Below, one piece after another: positions 41,113-51,782 of a DNA stretch of 64,000 bases. Under the pieces are notes generated by a model. That model was not told where the DNA came from. It made no database searches and worked only from the letters and a program-made list of their open reading frames with translations. The stretch spans positions 33,976,001 to 34,040,000 of the forward strand of contig OZ231126.1 of NCBI GenBank assembly GCA_965153355.1. Direction: 5' to 3'. Source of the stretch: Flaccisagitta enflata. Lineage: Eukaryota. Position 1 is the stretch's first letter; the number at the start of each line of letters is the position of its first letter. Made by a program: the position numbers and the translations under genes.

Positions 41113-44100
41113 CTAAAATTCTTTTATTTGCTTAATTAAAATCACGAGCTCGGTTTTCCTCTCTCTCGGGATGAATTTTTTTCCCCTCAACTTCTCACCG
41201 CGCCGTTTCCTGACTTCGGCCGTTCTTCTTTTACTGCTGCTCTCGATTGAAAATCACGATGCGACGACTAACTCACATTTGCCCCGGGGAGAAATATCCA
41301 ACTGTCGTTTCCCCGCTTATCCTAAAAACGACAGTTTCTACAGTCTCGACAAACGGAGCTCGTCAAATACGACCGTTATCCTACGCATGAGACTACGTCT
41401 TAGCAACGATATTTCCACACATCCCGGACCAAAGGATGGGAAGTCGTCCGTCAATTCAACGGCGCCCAAAAGACCTCGCCGAATCAAGAATCCTTGCGCT
41501 GCATGTGATCGTGGCGTCACAGCAGCAAGCAAGGCAGTCAGCTGCGACTCGTGTAACCGGTGGACGCATCTACGTTGCGCAAACGACAGACTCTCGGCCG
41601 ATCTCTACAACCATTACGTTGATTCTGCCGCCGAGTTTTCGTTTATTTGCGACTCGTGCTTCCTCGCGGCACTTCCGTTTCCCGGCGGGGATATCGACGA
41701 CGCCGCCTCCCCTGCCACATCATCAGGGCCGGGGGGCGCGGCGAACGAAGAAGATGACGAATGCCCGAACCCACCAGACATCGACGAAAGTCAAGCCGCT
41801 GCTGTCAATGGAGACAGCATTGCGGCGACCTCACTTTCGTTGTCAAAAGGTCTCACTTTTCTTCATGTCAACGTCCGCTCCCTCTTACCAAAGCTCACGG
41901 ACATTCGGATTCTACTTCGTGACACAAACGCCGCATTTCTCGCTGTGACGGAAACCTGGTTGGACACGACTGTCGGCGCGGGAGAAGTAAACATAACTGG
42001 GTATAATTTTGTTCGGAGAGATAGGAATCGTCATGGTGGAGGTGTTGGCATTTTTATTCGCGAAGGTATAAGTTTCAACCTAAGATCTGATCTTACTGAC
42101 CCAGATGTTGAATGTCTCTTCATAGATGTTTTATTTCCTAAGTCTAAGCCTTTCTTAACTGGTGTTTGGTACAGACCACCTGACGATGGTAATTTTCTAG
42201 ACAAATTCAAAGAAGTCATTGGCCGTATCTCATCTGGGACTGAAATATACATACTCGGTGATTTTAATCTGTGCTTTTCACGTGATAACGGTATCTGCAA
42301 ATCATACAAACGCTTACTTAATTTATTTTCTTTTAATCAAATAATTAAGAATGCCACACGTGTCACGGCGACGACGAGCTCAATCATTGATCATATTTTG
42401 GTTAATTTTAAAGATAAAGTTTCCAAATGCGGCACTCTTAATTGTTCTTTCAGTGACCATCAAGTTATTTACTGTGTGAGAGGTTCTATCAAGTCTTTTT
42501 CCCCTCCCATTACTAAACGTATACGATCTTTTAAAAATTATTCAAAATCACTCTTTTGTCTTGAACTTAGAAATGTTTCTTGGTTGCCGGTTTTAACTGC
42601 CCCGAATGTTGACGCTGCCTTAGACACTTTTAATAGTATTCTTCTTTCTATTGTTGACAAACTTGCCCCCCTCCGTACCGTACGTTTTAAAAAAGATAGT
42701 GAGCCTTGGATGACGACTGAGATTTTGGATGCAATTAGAAAGAGGGATGCATTTTTTTCCAAGGTAAAAAAGAATAAAGGAGATACGGATGTTTATCGTC
42801 AATACTGTGCTCAGCGAAATTATACACAACGATTAATAAAATCAGCAAAATCGTGTTATTTTAAGAATTGTATTGAAAGCTGTAGTGGGGATACCAGTAA
42901 ACTTTGGCGTCATGTTTCTAGCCTTGGTCACAAAACTCCCAAGAAAAAAGATAGCATTGTTTTGGAATCTGATGGTACCCGACATTTTGACCCCTCCTCT
43001 GTTTCAAGTCTATTCAATGAATTTTATACTTCTATCGCGTTGAAACTGGTTAATAGTCTTCCTTCCCCTTCGAATTTGTTTGGCTATGATTTTTGTCTTA
43101 ACTTTTACCGCCGAAAAGGAATTCACGGTCCTTCTTTTTGTCTTTCCACTGTAAGTAGAAAATTTATCCGGGAACAACTGTCTGGTCTGAAGATTGATAA
43201 AAGTACGGGATTGGATGTAATTTCCCCTCGCTTTTTGAAAGACGGTGCTGATTTCCTTATCGAACCTGTGTCTCATATAATTAACATGTCCATATTGTCG
43301 GAAACAGTCCCCACTGCTTTTAAGAAGGCAAGAGTACTGCCTTTATACAAAAAGGGTACCCGCCTTGACCCGGGCAATTACCGTCCAGTATCAATTCTAT
43401 GTGTACTTTCTAAAATTCTTGAGCGGGCTGTAAACAACCAGCTAAATGAATATCTTACAAAAAAGAATTTACTGTACGACTTTCAAAGTGGTTTCCGTAA
43501 AGGTTTTTCAACAAATACATGTCTAATGAACCTAACTGATTATATAAGAACGGAAAATGCTAAGGGAAATTACACGGGCATGATTATGATCGATCTCCAG
43601 AAAGCATTTGATTGTGTAGATCACGATTTACTATTAAAAAAGCTTTCATCTATGGGCATAACATCTATTGATTGGTTTAGATCATATTTAAACGACAGAA
43701 CGCAATGTACCCAAGTTGGCGGAGTTGATTCCCCTTTTCTCCCCATTAACTGTGGTGTCCCACAAGGTAGTATCTTGGGGCCAACTCTTTTCTTATGCTA
43801 TATAAATGACATGTCATCTGCTCTACATTGTAAGTTATCCCTCTATGCAGATGACAGTGCTCTTGTCTACAGTGGCCCAGATCCTAATGAAGTGGCAAAT
43901 TTTCTGAGTCGTGAATTAGACATATGCCGAAAGTGGTTAGTGGACAATCGGCTTTCTTTGCATCTGGGTAAGACAGAATGCATTTTGTTTGGTTCTAAAC
44001 GTCGTTTGGCAAAGGTTTCTGATTTTGACATTCACTTGGGAGATGTATCTGTTAACCGCGTAACATCTGTCAAGTACCTTGGTGTAACCCTGGATCAGTT

Positions 44101-44891
44101 TTTGGACTTTTCGGTACACGTAGATGAGATCATTAAAAAGGCGAGTAGCAAATTGAGTTTCCTTTACCGCAATCGTCCCTATTTGGATTACTTTTCTCGC
44201 AGGCTTTTATGTCAATCTCTCATTTTCTCTAGCCTTGAGTACTGCGCCTCATCATGGTACTCCAGTTTACTTGTTGGGCTACGCGATACGCTTAATGTTT
44301 TCCAGCGCAAATGTGTACGTTTCACTTTAGATTATGGACCCCGTGAACACGTCGGAGACGAGCAGTTTCAGTCATTGTCTTGGTTGTCTTTTCCCAAAAG
44401 GGTCAAGTATTTTGATCTTGTCCATGCCTTTAAGATTCGATCTGGCTTAGCCCCCGGTTATCTGTCTGTACACTTTACTTTCATCTCCAATGTCCATACT
44501 CACAATCTTAGACAAAGCCAAAACAACTTTTCCCTCGCTTATTGCAATAGTCCCACAGGCACTTTTCAAAGAAACGCGATATCTGAATGGAACGCCCTTC
44601 CAGGGGAGCTGAAATCAATCCAGACTCTCCCAGCCTTTAAACACAAACTGAAGCACTACCTTCAGCTCGCTTAAAGTTTCTATCAGTTTTCTTACTTTTA
44701 CTCTTTTAGCTTACAAATTGCTTTTATTTTTTACTCGATCTGTTACGGTTTTATACTTACGATATCGGGACCTCAATGGAAATAAGTCTTCGGACTTTTT
44801 TGAGCCATCCTTGGCATTCGCATACTTAAATACTGTAATGTGATACACTATTTCGTCTTGCCTAAATACAATACATACATACATACATACA
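41113..44891 (+). mobile_element. CR1/L2-group non-LTR retrotransposon
   Basis: Intact APE-RT ORF, ~200-nt 3' UTR, (ATAC)n tail, candidate TSD TTCAAG (41107-41112 / 44892-44897). Confidence 0.9.
41171..44674 (+). CDS. 1167-aa LINE polyprotein: 2A-like motif, PHD finger, AP endonuclease, reverse transcriptase
   Basis: C4HC3 PHD (CAAC..CDSC..H..C..CDSC); APE motifs NVRSL, ETWL, YRPP, GDFN, IDHI, SDH; RT motifs PQGSILGP, YADD, KYLGV; C-terminal WNALP..FK. Confidence 0.97.
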   Translation: MNFFPLNFSPRRFLTSAVLLLLLLSIENHDATTNSHLPRGEISNCRFPAYPKNDSFYSLDKRSSSNTTVILRMRLRLSNDISTHPGPKDGKSSVNSTAPKRPRRIKNPCAACDRGVTAASKAVSCDSCNRWTHLRCANDRLSADLYNHYVDSAAEFSFICDSCFLAALPFPGGDIDDAASPATSSGPGGAANEEDDECPNPPDIDESQAAAVNGDSIAATSLSLSKGLTFLHVNVRSLLPKLTDIRILLRDTNAAFLAVTETWLDTTVGAGEVNITGYNFVRRDRNRHGGGVGIFIREGISFNLRSDLTDPDVECLFIDVLFPKSKPFLTGVWYRPPDDGNFLDKFKEVIGRISSGTEIYILGDFNLCFSRDNGICKSYKRLLNLFSFNQIIKNATRVTATTSSIIDHILVNFKDKVSKCGTLNCSFSDHQVIYCVRGSIKSFSPPITKRIRSFKNYSKSLFCLELRNVSWLPVLTAPNVDAALDTFNSILLSIVDKLAPLRTVRFKKDSEPWMTTEILDAIRKRDAFFSKVKKNKGDTDVYRQYCAQRNYTQRLIKSAKSCYFKNCIESCSGDTSKLWRHVSSLGHKTPKKKDSIVLESDGTRHFDPSSVSSLFNEFYTSIALKLVNSLPSPSNLFGYDFCLNFYRRKGIHGPSFCLSTVSRKFIREQLSGLKIDKSTGLDVISPRFLKDGADFLIEPVSHIINMSILSETVPTAFKKARVLPLYKKGTRLDPGNYRPVSILCVLSKILERAVNNQLNEYLTKKNLLYDFQSGFRKGFSTNTCLMNLTDYIRTENAKGNYTGMIMIDLQKAFDCVDHDLLLKKLSSMGITSIDWFRSYLNDRTQCTQVGGVDSPFLPINCGVPQGSILGPTLFLCYINDMSSALHCKLSLYADDSALVYSGPDPNEVANFLSRELDICRKWLVDNRLSLHLGKTECILFGSKRRLAKVSDFDIHLGDVSVNRVTSVKYLGVTLDQFLDFSVHVDEIIKKASSKLSFLYRNRPYLDYFSRRLLCQSLIFSSLEYCASSWYSSLLVGLRDTLNVFQRKCVRFTLDYGPREHVGDEQFQSLSWLSFPKRVKYFDLVHAFKIRSGLAPGYLSVHFTFISNVHTHNLRQSQNNFSLAYCNSPTGTFQRNAISEWNALPGELKSIQTLPAFKHKLKHYLQLA

Positions 44892-45399
44892 TTCAAGTCT
44901 CCAAAAAATTTTGAGGGTCATATCGTTCAAAAATTTTACCAGAATCAGTTAAAGCATTAAAAAATCTTCAACTTGGTCACCGATTTCATCCATATTTGTC
45001 CATCCAAAGCTGAGATATATCAAAAAATGTAAAAATTGTCAAATTTGACCCCCAGATTTATCCAGTGAAATAACCCTCATACCCTTCCATATTTGAAATG
45101 CTCTCCAATTTTAACGAAAAATGATGGCAACATGCAGATTGCACCACTGGTTAGCTCTTGAGTTCTAGTTTTATAATCTCATGGATTTTGGGTCAAAATT
45201 TAAACACAAAGAGGACCAATTTTAAAGCCAAAATACTTTAAAATTGACATTTAACCACTTCCATCCTTTAGCCTGCAAAATAGGAGGGGGTCGCAGCCAT
45301 GAGTAAAATTGATCGTATGGTCATGAAACTTGGTAAATCTTGTTATTATGATGAATGAAGCCAGTCCCTACTGTTGGTAGCTGATCTGAAGAGGGTGGC

Positions 45400-45610
45400 C
45401 CGATGAGCAGGGCTTGTGATACACTGAAATTTGCAGCACATTTTGACTAAAGCATTTTGGATGGAGGTGGAGTCACATAAGAACCACCAGTGCGACAAAT
45501 GAAGAGAGCCTCTTAAAGGTAAAGAGTCGCGTTCACACTTTCGTAACATGTAAAGTCTTTAAAGAACAAGGGACAGTGATAGTTTTCGTTTGCTTTTCTT
45601 GCATCTACCC
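45400..45610 (-). pseudogene. Degenerate WAP-like exon
   Basis: HCPLFFKDFTC / RKCERDS needs frameshifts and has a stop; lies against the hAT-like terminus. Confidence 0.35.
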
Positions 45611-45662
45611 TAGCCCCAAACAGCTTTCGTGAAGGTAATCCCTGTTGAAATGAAGCACTTAC

Positions 45663-45803
45663 CATTTTGACAGGTAAACCCACATCCATTGTGGCAGCAT
45701 CTTTGTCCCTTTGGACAAGAGGAATCAATCTCGGTGTTGCAAAGAATGGCACAAATGCCAAAATGATTAGGATCCACTGGAGGGCAAGAATCGCCAACAG
45801 CCT
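45663..45803 (-). CDS. Exon (141 nt, phase 1-1): complete canonical WAP four-disulfide-core domain
   Basis: TTTTCCAG acceptor, GTAAGT donor; SCPPVDPNHFGICAILCNTEIDSSCPKGQRCCHNGCGFTCQN (8 Cys). Confidence 0.9.
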
Positions 45804-46141
45804 CTGGAAAACCAAAAGAAAATTGATGAGTTTAGATAGAGAGGAAAACTGGAAAAGAGGGAGTAGATGGGAAAAGAGAGGGTAGAGAGGAGAGGGTTGT
45901 GACTAAGAATTCATTTCATTTCATTTTGTCGCTGTAAGCAGTGCTTTGGCTTGTTACTCCTCATGTACACATATCTTACTACAGTAGCAATTAGAAAACA
46001 TTTATTCATGCTACTTAACTGACCAGTTTTTTCTACAAGTAACATGTAAACATGTTCGGTGACAGTGCATCACCGTCAGTACGTGTAAATCGAACGGATT
46101 TAGACATAAAATTTGTAGTTGTAGACGAAGAGAAGCATGAC

Positions 46142-46246
46142 CTAGCATGATTCGATTCTCGCATTTGGCGCCCGTAAATCCAGGCAGACAATCGCAGGCG
46201 GTTTTCCGGGTCAACGTAGTATAAGGCTTTCCTCCGTTCTCGCAGT
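46142..46246 (-). pseudogene. Duplicate EGF-like exon without the AG acceptor of the other copy
   Basis: Near-identical to 38519-38623, but preceded by ...GCGCCG instead of ...CCCAG. Confidence 0.6.
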
Positions 46247-47015
46247 CGGCGCATGAACAAGCGTTTGTCACGACAATTAAAGAAAAACAGATATTGCGTG
46301 CACGCGAAAAAGAAGGTGGGCATGATCCAGTGAAGAAGTGGAATGAGAGTAGGGCAGCGGCCCCAAAGGGCCGATGTCCTAAAGAACACAAGGGGGAATT
46401 TCCAGACGTCTTGAGGGGGCATATTTCGGGCCTTAGATGACTGATTTAGGCCACAGAAGGCATATCTGAAGGCTGGTGGGCAGAACAGAGGCTTGGAGAA
46501 CAAATTTGAGGTTTGGAGGGCAAATTTGAGCCACTGAGGGCTGATTTGATGCTTGGAGGGCTGATTTGATGCTTGGAGGGCTGATTTGATACTTGAAGGG
46601 CGAATTGAAGGTCTGGAGGGCAAAATTTTTGGTCTGGAGGTCAGATTTGAGGCTGGGGGGCTGATTTGAAGCCTGGAAGGCCGATTTGAGGCCTGGAGGA
46701 CTAAATTGAGGGCTTGGAGGGCAAATTTGAGGCCTTGATGGCCAATAATAGGGGGGGGGGCAGACGAAAGGATGGATGTCTGGAAATTCCCCCCTGTGTT
46801 CTACAGAACATCGGCGCTTTGGGGCCGCTGCCCAAAAAGGGGACACCTGTTGTAGGCTATCTATGAGAATCTAGGCTCAAAATCATTCGTACTGAATTAC
46901 ATTAACATATATGTTTTGTTCAATCATTTTGAAATATAAATATTCGTGTGAAAGTATCACGTCATTTTTAGATTAAGGGGGAAAATCGATGTTTTGTCGG
47001 GCTTCAAACGATCTT

Positions 47016-47655
47016 TCAACAACTGCCATCACTGCCATCGCGCCTGCCATCAATAGCACCAAAGCAATTGTCATTTCCACCACTACGAGCAGAGCCACCA
47101 CCTCCACTGCTAGAAGAGCCGCCATCTCCGCCACTAGCAGAGCCGCAGCCACTGCTACTAGCAGAGCCGCCTCCACCACTACTGGTAGAGCCACCACCAC
47201 TACTACAGCAGAGCTGCAGCCACCACTACCAGCAGAGCCGCAGCCTCCACAACTAGCAGAGCCGCAGCCACCACTGCTAGCAGAGCCGCAGTCACCACTA
47301 GTAGCAGAGCCGCAGTCAGCACTACTAGCAGAGCCGCAGCCACCACTCCTAGCAGAGCAGCAGTCACCACTACTAGCAGAATCGTAGTCACCACTAGTAG
47401 CAGAGCCGCAGTCACCACTACTAGCAGAGCCGCAGTCACCACTAGTAGCAGAGCCGCAGCCACCACAACTAGCAGAGCCGCAGTCACCACTACTAGCAGA
47501 GCCGCAGCCACCACTACTAGCAGAGCCGCAGTAACCACTACTAGCAGAGCCGCAGTCACCACTAGTAGCAGAGCCGCAGTCACCACTACTAGCAGAGCCG
47601 CAGCCGCACTTCCATTACGTCGTCTGTTGCCGCGGAAGTTGCAACAATTGTTTTC
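47016..47655 (-). pseudogene. Gly/Ser/Cys octapeptide-repeat exon relic (24-bp tandem repeat)
   Basis: The minus frame reads (G[G/D]CGSASS)n, then after a frameshift near 47205 SSGGGGSARSGGNDNCFGAIDGRRDGSDGSC-stop. Confidence 0.5.
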
Positions 47656-47775
47656 ATTGCGAAAAGAAAAGAGAGTATTTTAAAGGAAGCAGACAGAAAA
47701 AGAAAAGACGAGAGAGAACCTCTTTATCCATCTGATCTTTTAAAAAAAGAAGAGGAAGCAGAAACAAGGCCGGAT

Positions 47776-47894
47776 ACCTGGAGGATATTCACAATAGCAA
47801 CTTGAGTAAGTCTTAAGTAAGTCTCAAGTAAGAAATTTTTACTTGAGACTTACTTAAGACTTACTCAAGTACCCATCGTGAATATCCTCCAGGT
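47776..47894. mobile_element. 119-bp hairpin MITE inside a HINE copy
   Basis: ACCTGGAGGATATTCAC / GTGAATATCCTCCAGGT; arms pair nearly to the centre. Confidence 0.8.
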
Positions 47895-49069
47895 CGCATG
47901 CGGGTAGGCAAAGGCAGTGGTGATACATGTTAATGGAGAACTTCGGCATGGGCACTGAGGCAAAAACTACTCAAAAGCGTTAAAAAGGAAATCGTTACCG
48001 ACGGACAAAACAACCAACTGCCAGACCGAGTAAATTTGCGTTTGAAAAATCCTTTTATGGTATAACTCCCTTTCTTGCCCACTCTTCATAGACACCAGCC
48101 TCAGGAAAGTCTTCGTCGTTCAACTGGATTCATTCATTTCATTCACTAACATTCATTAGAGTGTTCATTGTTTGCTTTCGTATCCTCATACTTTTCAAAG
48201 TCTCACTGGCAGTCAAAAGCTCAAGCTCATGGATGAAATCACATCAAGCGGCCCAGTTGTCACGAAGGAGGTAGTTGTTCCAGCCTAAACGTCCATCGAG
48301 ATTAACTTCATGATGAAAGGATATGGTTGTTGCCAACTATCGCATGGCTCCCTGCCGGCCCGCTACGACACACGTGCACGCGACTCTAACACATCTGCAA
48401 AAATTAGGCGGAAAATGTAAAGATGTAGTTTCCATGATAAAAATAGCTCCAGTAACATGAAATTTGGACTGAAGATAGTTTTTTGGTGGTATTTTTGGGT
48501 AGTAAGAAGATTTGATTTCAATTCAATTCATATGATGCTTAATTCAACCCTTATGTCATAATTGCGATATCAAAGTGTTGCCGATTTTTCCCATGTTTAT
48601 GCGTCCAAAAGTTGCTCATTATTACAAGGCATTGAGCGGGTCCGATCATCACCTTGTTAAGTTGGTTGATATGATAGAGAAGGCAAGTTAGTTAACTAAA
48701 ATTATCTTGGTAAAATTTTGATACATTTAGTGGAAGGACACCTTCTGGTGGGTCCCGCCTGTAACTGAGTATTGGTGTTAAAGGGACGAAACTCTAATAG
48801 GGTACAGGTCACCAACTGATGACTGGAAGCTAAATGTTTCATAATTCTTGATAAAGGTTTTATATTTTTCTAAATATATATTCTTAACTTCTATATTCTG
48901 AATATGAATGATTTTTTTACCCATCATGGAGACCTATCATCCCATGATATATCTTCTTAGAAGATGAAGGCCTTTTTCCCTTTAATCATTTAGAAAAATT
49001 GTAACCTTACCCCCTTTTTCTCCATGTCCCAGCCCCCCTAAATTGAAGGAAAGGACCAAAACTGGGGAC

Positions 49070-50665
49070 TAGGACAGGGGTTCCGACAAAAAAATCGCCC
49101 AATCCTTCTTGTTAATTGCACTTTGGCTCAAAATCGATGTAGTATTTATGTTCTACCTTCAAAAGTGACCTATCGCATCAGGAAATTGTGACCGCCACCC
49201 CCCCCCACCCCAGAGAAGATGGTAGCCTCTGAATTTTGAGCAATTTCCCTTCTTTTTTTTATCAGTTCTAGAAGGATTGTTAGAAATAGCTGGAAGTGGT
49301 CTCATTTGAAAGATATTTAGTTGAAGAGCACAAAACTTTTTCAATGGGGACGGTGGGGCCCCTAGAGGGCCCCCCAGGGACCCCAAAGAGGTTTAAGAGA
49401 GCTCCAAAGTATTAAAAATCATGGAAATTTATGATGGATTGTCACAAAAACTTAGTAATGGTCTAATTTGAACGGTATTTACTCAGAGACCATTAGACTT
49501 CACTGATCTGGGAAATAGGGTCCTTAAGGGGTCCCGAAGGGGCCCTTAATAGGGTTTTAGAGGATCTTAATTACAAAAATGAAAAACGGATTGTTCAAAA
49601 AACCTAGAAGTCTCATTGCAAAGGTACTTATTTTGAAAACATGAACATTACTGATAAGGAAATAAGGTCCTTAAAAGGGGCCCCGAAGGGGTTACTTAGG
49701 GGCCCCTAAGGGTCTCCAAAGGAATAAAAGAGCACAAAAGGACCTAAAACCATAAAGATTTGGAATGGATAGTTTCGGGAACCTAGTAATTGTCCTTGTG
49801 AGGATTTAAGCTTTAATACATGAATGTCTCTTCAATTCCTTTGGGACCCTTAGAGGCTCCTTTGGATTCCTGGGGACCCCATCTCCCTCATCAGTAACAT
49901 TTCATGTTCTCCGAGTAAATACCATTCAAATGAGACCACTAATATACCAGGTTCTCTGAGTTATCCATTTTAAATTTTTATGATTTTGGGTCAATTGGGG
50001 CCCTCTTTCACCCCTGTAGGGTTCCTTAGGGGCCTCCCTACGGGCCCCTATATGGGCCCTTTATTTTTTCAGCAATGTTCCATGTTTCCAGAGTAAAAAA
50101 AAATTCAAATGAGACCACTATTAAGCTTTTAGGACAATCTGTTCTCAATTTTCATGATTTTGGATCCTTTGGGGCTCCCTCTAACCCCATTAAGGGCCCT
50201 TTAAGGACTCCTTAGAAACCCCATCTTTGTTGCAGTCATGTTTCATGTTCCCGGAGTAAAACCCTTTCAAATATAACCACTACTAAGTTTTTTGAGCAAT
50301 CCCATCTCAAGATTCATGATTTTGGATCATATGGGGCCCTCTTAAACCCCTTTGGATGCCCCTGAGAGGCCCCCTAGGGACCACATTGTCCAAATCAGGA
50401 AAGCCTCATGCTCTTTGAGTAACTATCTTTCAAAAGAGACCACCACCAGGTTTTTTTGTACAATTCATCCAGAATTGATTAAGGAAAGAAGGGGATTTGC
50501 TCAAAATTCAGAGGCCACCACCTTCTAAGGGGGGGGGTGGCGGTCACAATTTCCTGATGCCATTGGTTACTTTTGAAGGCGGAACATCAATACTACATCG
50601 ATTTTGAGCCAAAGTACAATTAACAAGAAGGATTGGACGAAATTCGTGTCAGAACCCCTGTCCTA
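49070..50665. mobile_element. hAT-type non-autonomous element
   Basis: TIR TAGGACAGGGGTTC with long subterminal inverted arms; perfect 8-bp TSD CTGGGGAC. Confidence 0.9.
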
Positions 50666-51167
50666 CTGGGGACTTGGACTACCTCTAGTTCCAATTTTTC
50701 AATCAGGTTTATATCTTTATAATTAGCTGAGTTGGAAAACCCATCCAATGCCAGAAGTCAGCACTAGTCAAAGGTTACTTCATCATAGCCCCCTAAAAAA
50801 ATTTTGATATTATTTTCTAATTCAAATATCGTTTCTTAAGACAAAAGGCTTATGACTGTTCAAAAAACACATTTCCAAGGGTTTTTGGATACTAGTTTCA
50901 ACAACCACATTAAATGGGTCAAGAGCTCAAATTTGGTTTTGTGTGCATATGTAATGGAAGCTTACGTTTTACAGAAATAGGTGACTTTTGATTTTGGTTA
51001 GTTTTTTTCTTCATTTTTACACTAGAATATTTATGGTTAGTTTAATTTATTACAAAATGTTGCACAACTCATAGCACCCTTCGAGGAAAAAAAAATTTGT
51101 CAGATATTTGTAGGGTAGAGTATCAAAAAGTAAACTGACTCTGGAAGTGCGCAGTTTTTGCCCCATA

Positions 51168-51782
51168 CAGTGCGGCGCAAAAATAAGTTTCAGGTTTTGT
51201 CACAAGTCTTTTGTATGTTCCATAGCAGATAAAAACCTTTTATCAGTGAGATTATTAAAGGATTTTTAGTTTTCTTTAATTTGGGACCAATCCCAGATTT
51301 CTAGCTCTTTTTGTTTAGGCGTGACATTGATTTGAAGTAGTATATATCAAAATTACCTTGGGAAAAACAGCAAAAAATGATGACATTTTCATCGCTTGAA
51401 AACATGACTGATTCACTACAAACTAATGTCATTCTGAAAAGGAATCAAGTTATGTAAAGTTCTGCTTGGTCTAGATTTGTAGATTTTTTGAAGATCTTTA
51501 AAAAGCTCATGGATATTATGCATGAATCATGATTCTTTTTTAGTCTATTAAAGAAAAACAAGGTCTAAGATGTGTTTCATCAATAATTAGTACTGGTTAA
51601 TTATATCACTTCTTTGGAACTTGTATAACTTTTTTACAAATTACGTTACAATAATGGGATTGGACTCAGGATTTGTAGAATTTTTGAAGATGTTTAAATA
51701 TACTGGATTTTAATTATCTAAACTACTACTTTTGAAATATTTGCTTACTAAACTGATTGAAACTTATTTTTGCGCCGCACTG
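51168..51782. mobile_element. Tc1/mariner-type MITE
   Basis: TIR CAGTGCGGCGCAAAAATAAGTTTCA with TA TSD. Confidence 0.9.

Larger units (their letters stand above)
39518..45388. mobile_element. hAT-like non-autonomous element hosting the LINE and a HINE
   Basis: ~90-bp inverted ends starting CAGATCRGCTACCAACAGTAGGGACTGGCTTCATTCATCAT; no matching TSD. Confidence 0.7.

Noticed and set aside
47203-47586. Hydrophobic (VVTAALL)n or plus-strand (AEPQSPLL)n ORFs as proteins
   Set aside because: Alternative frames of the 24-bp repeat; the Gly/Ser/Cys frame better explains the codon-wise variation and the non-repetitive C-terminal end.
48190-48365. Kringle-like relic on the minus strand (PCDSWQQPYP-HH...NNY)
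   Set aside because: Needs a frameshift, contains stops and lacks the NYCRNPD cysteine; resemblance too weak without a profile search.
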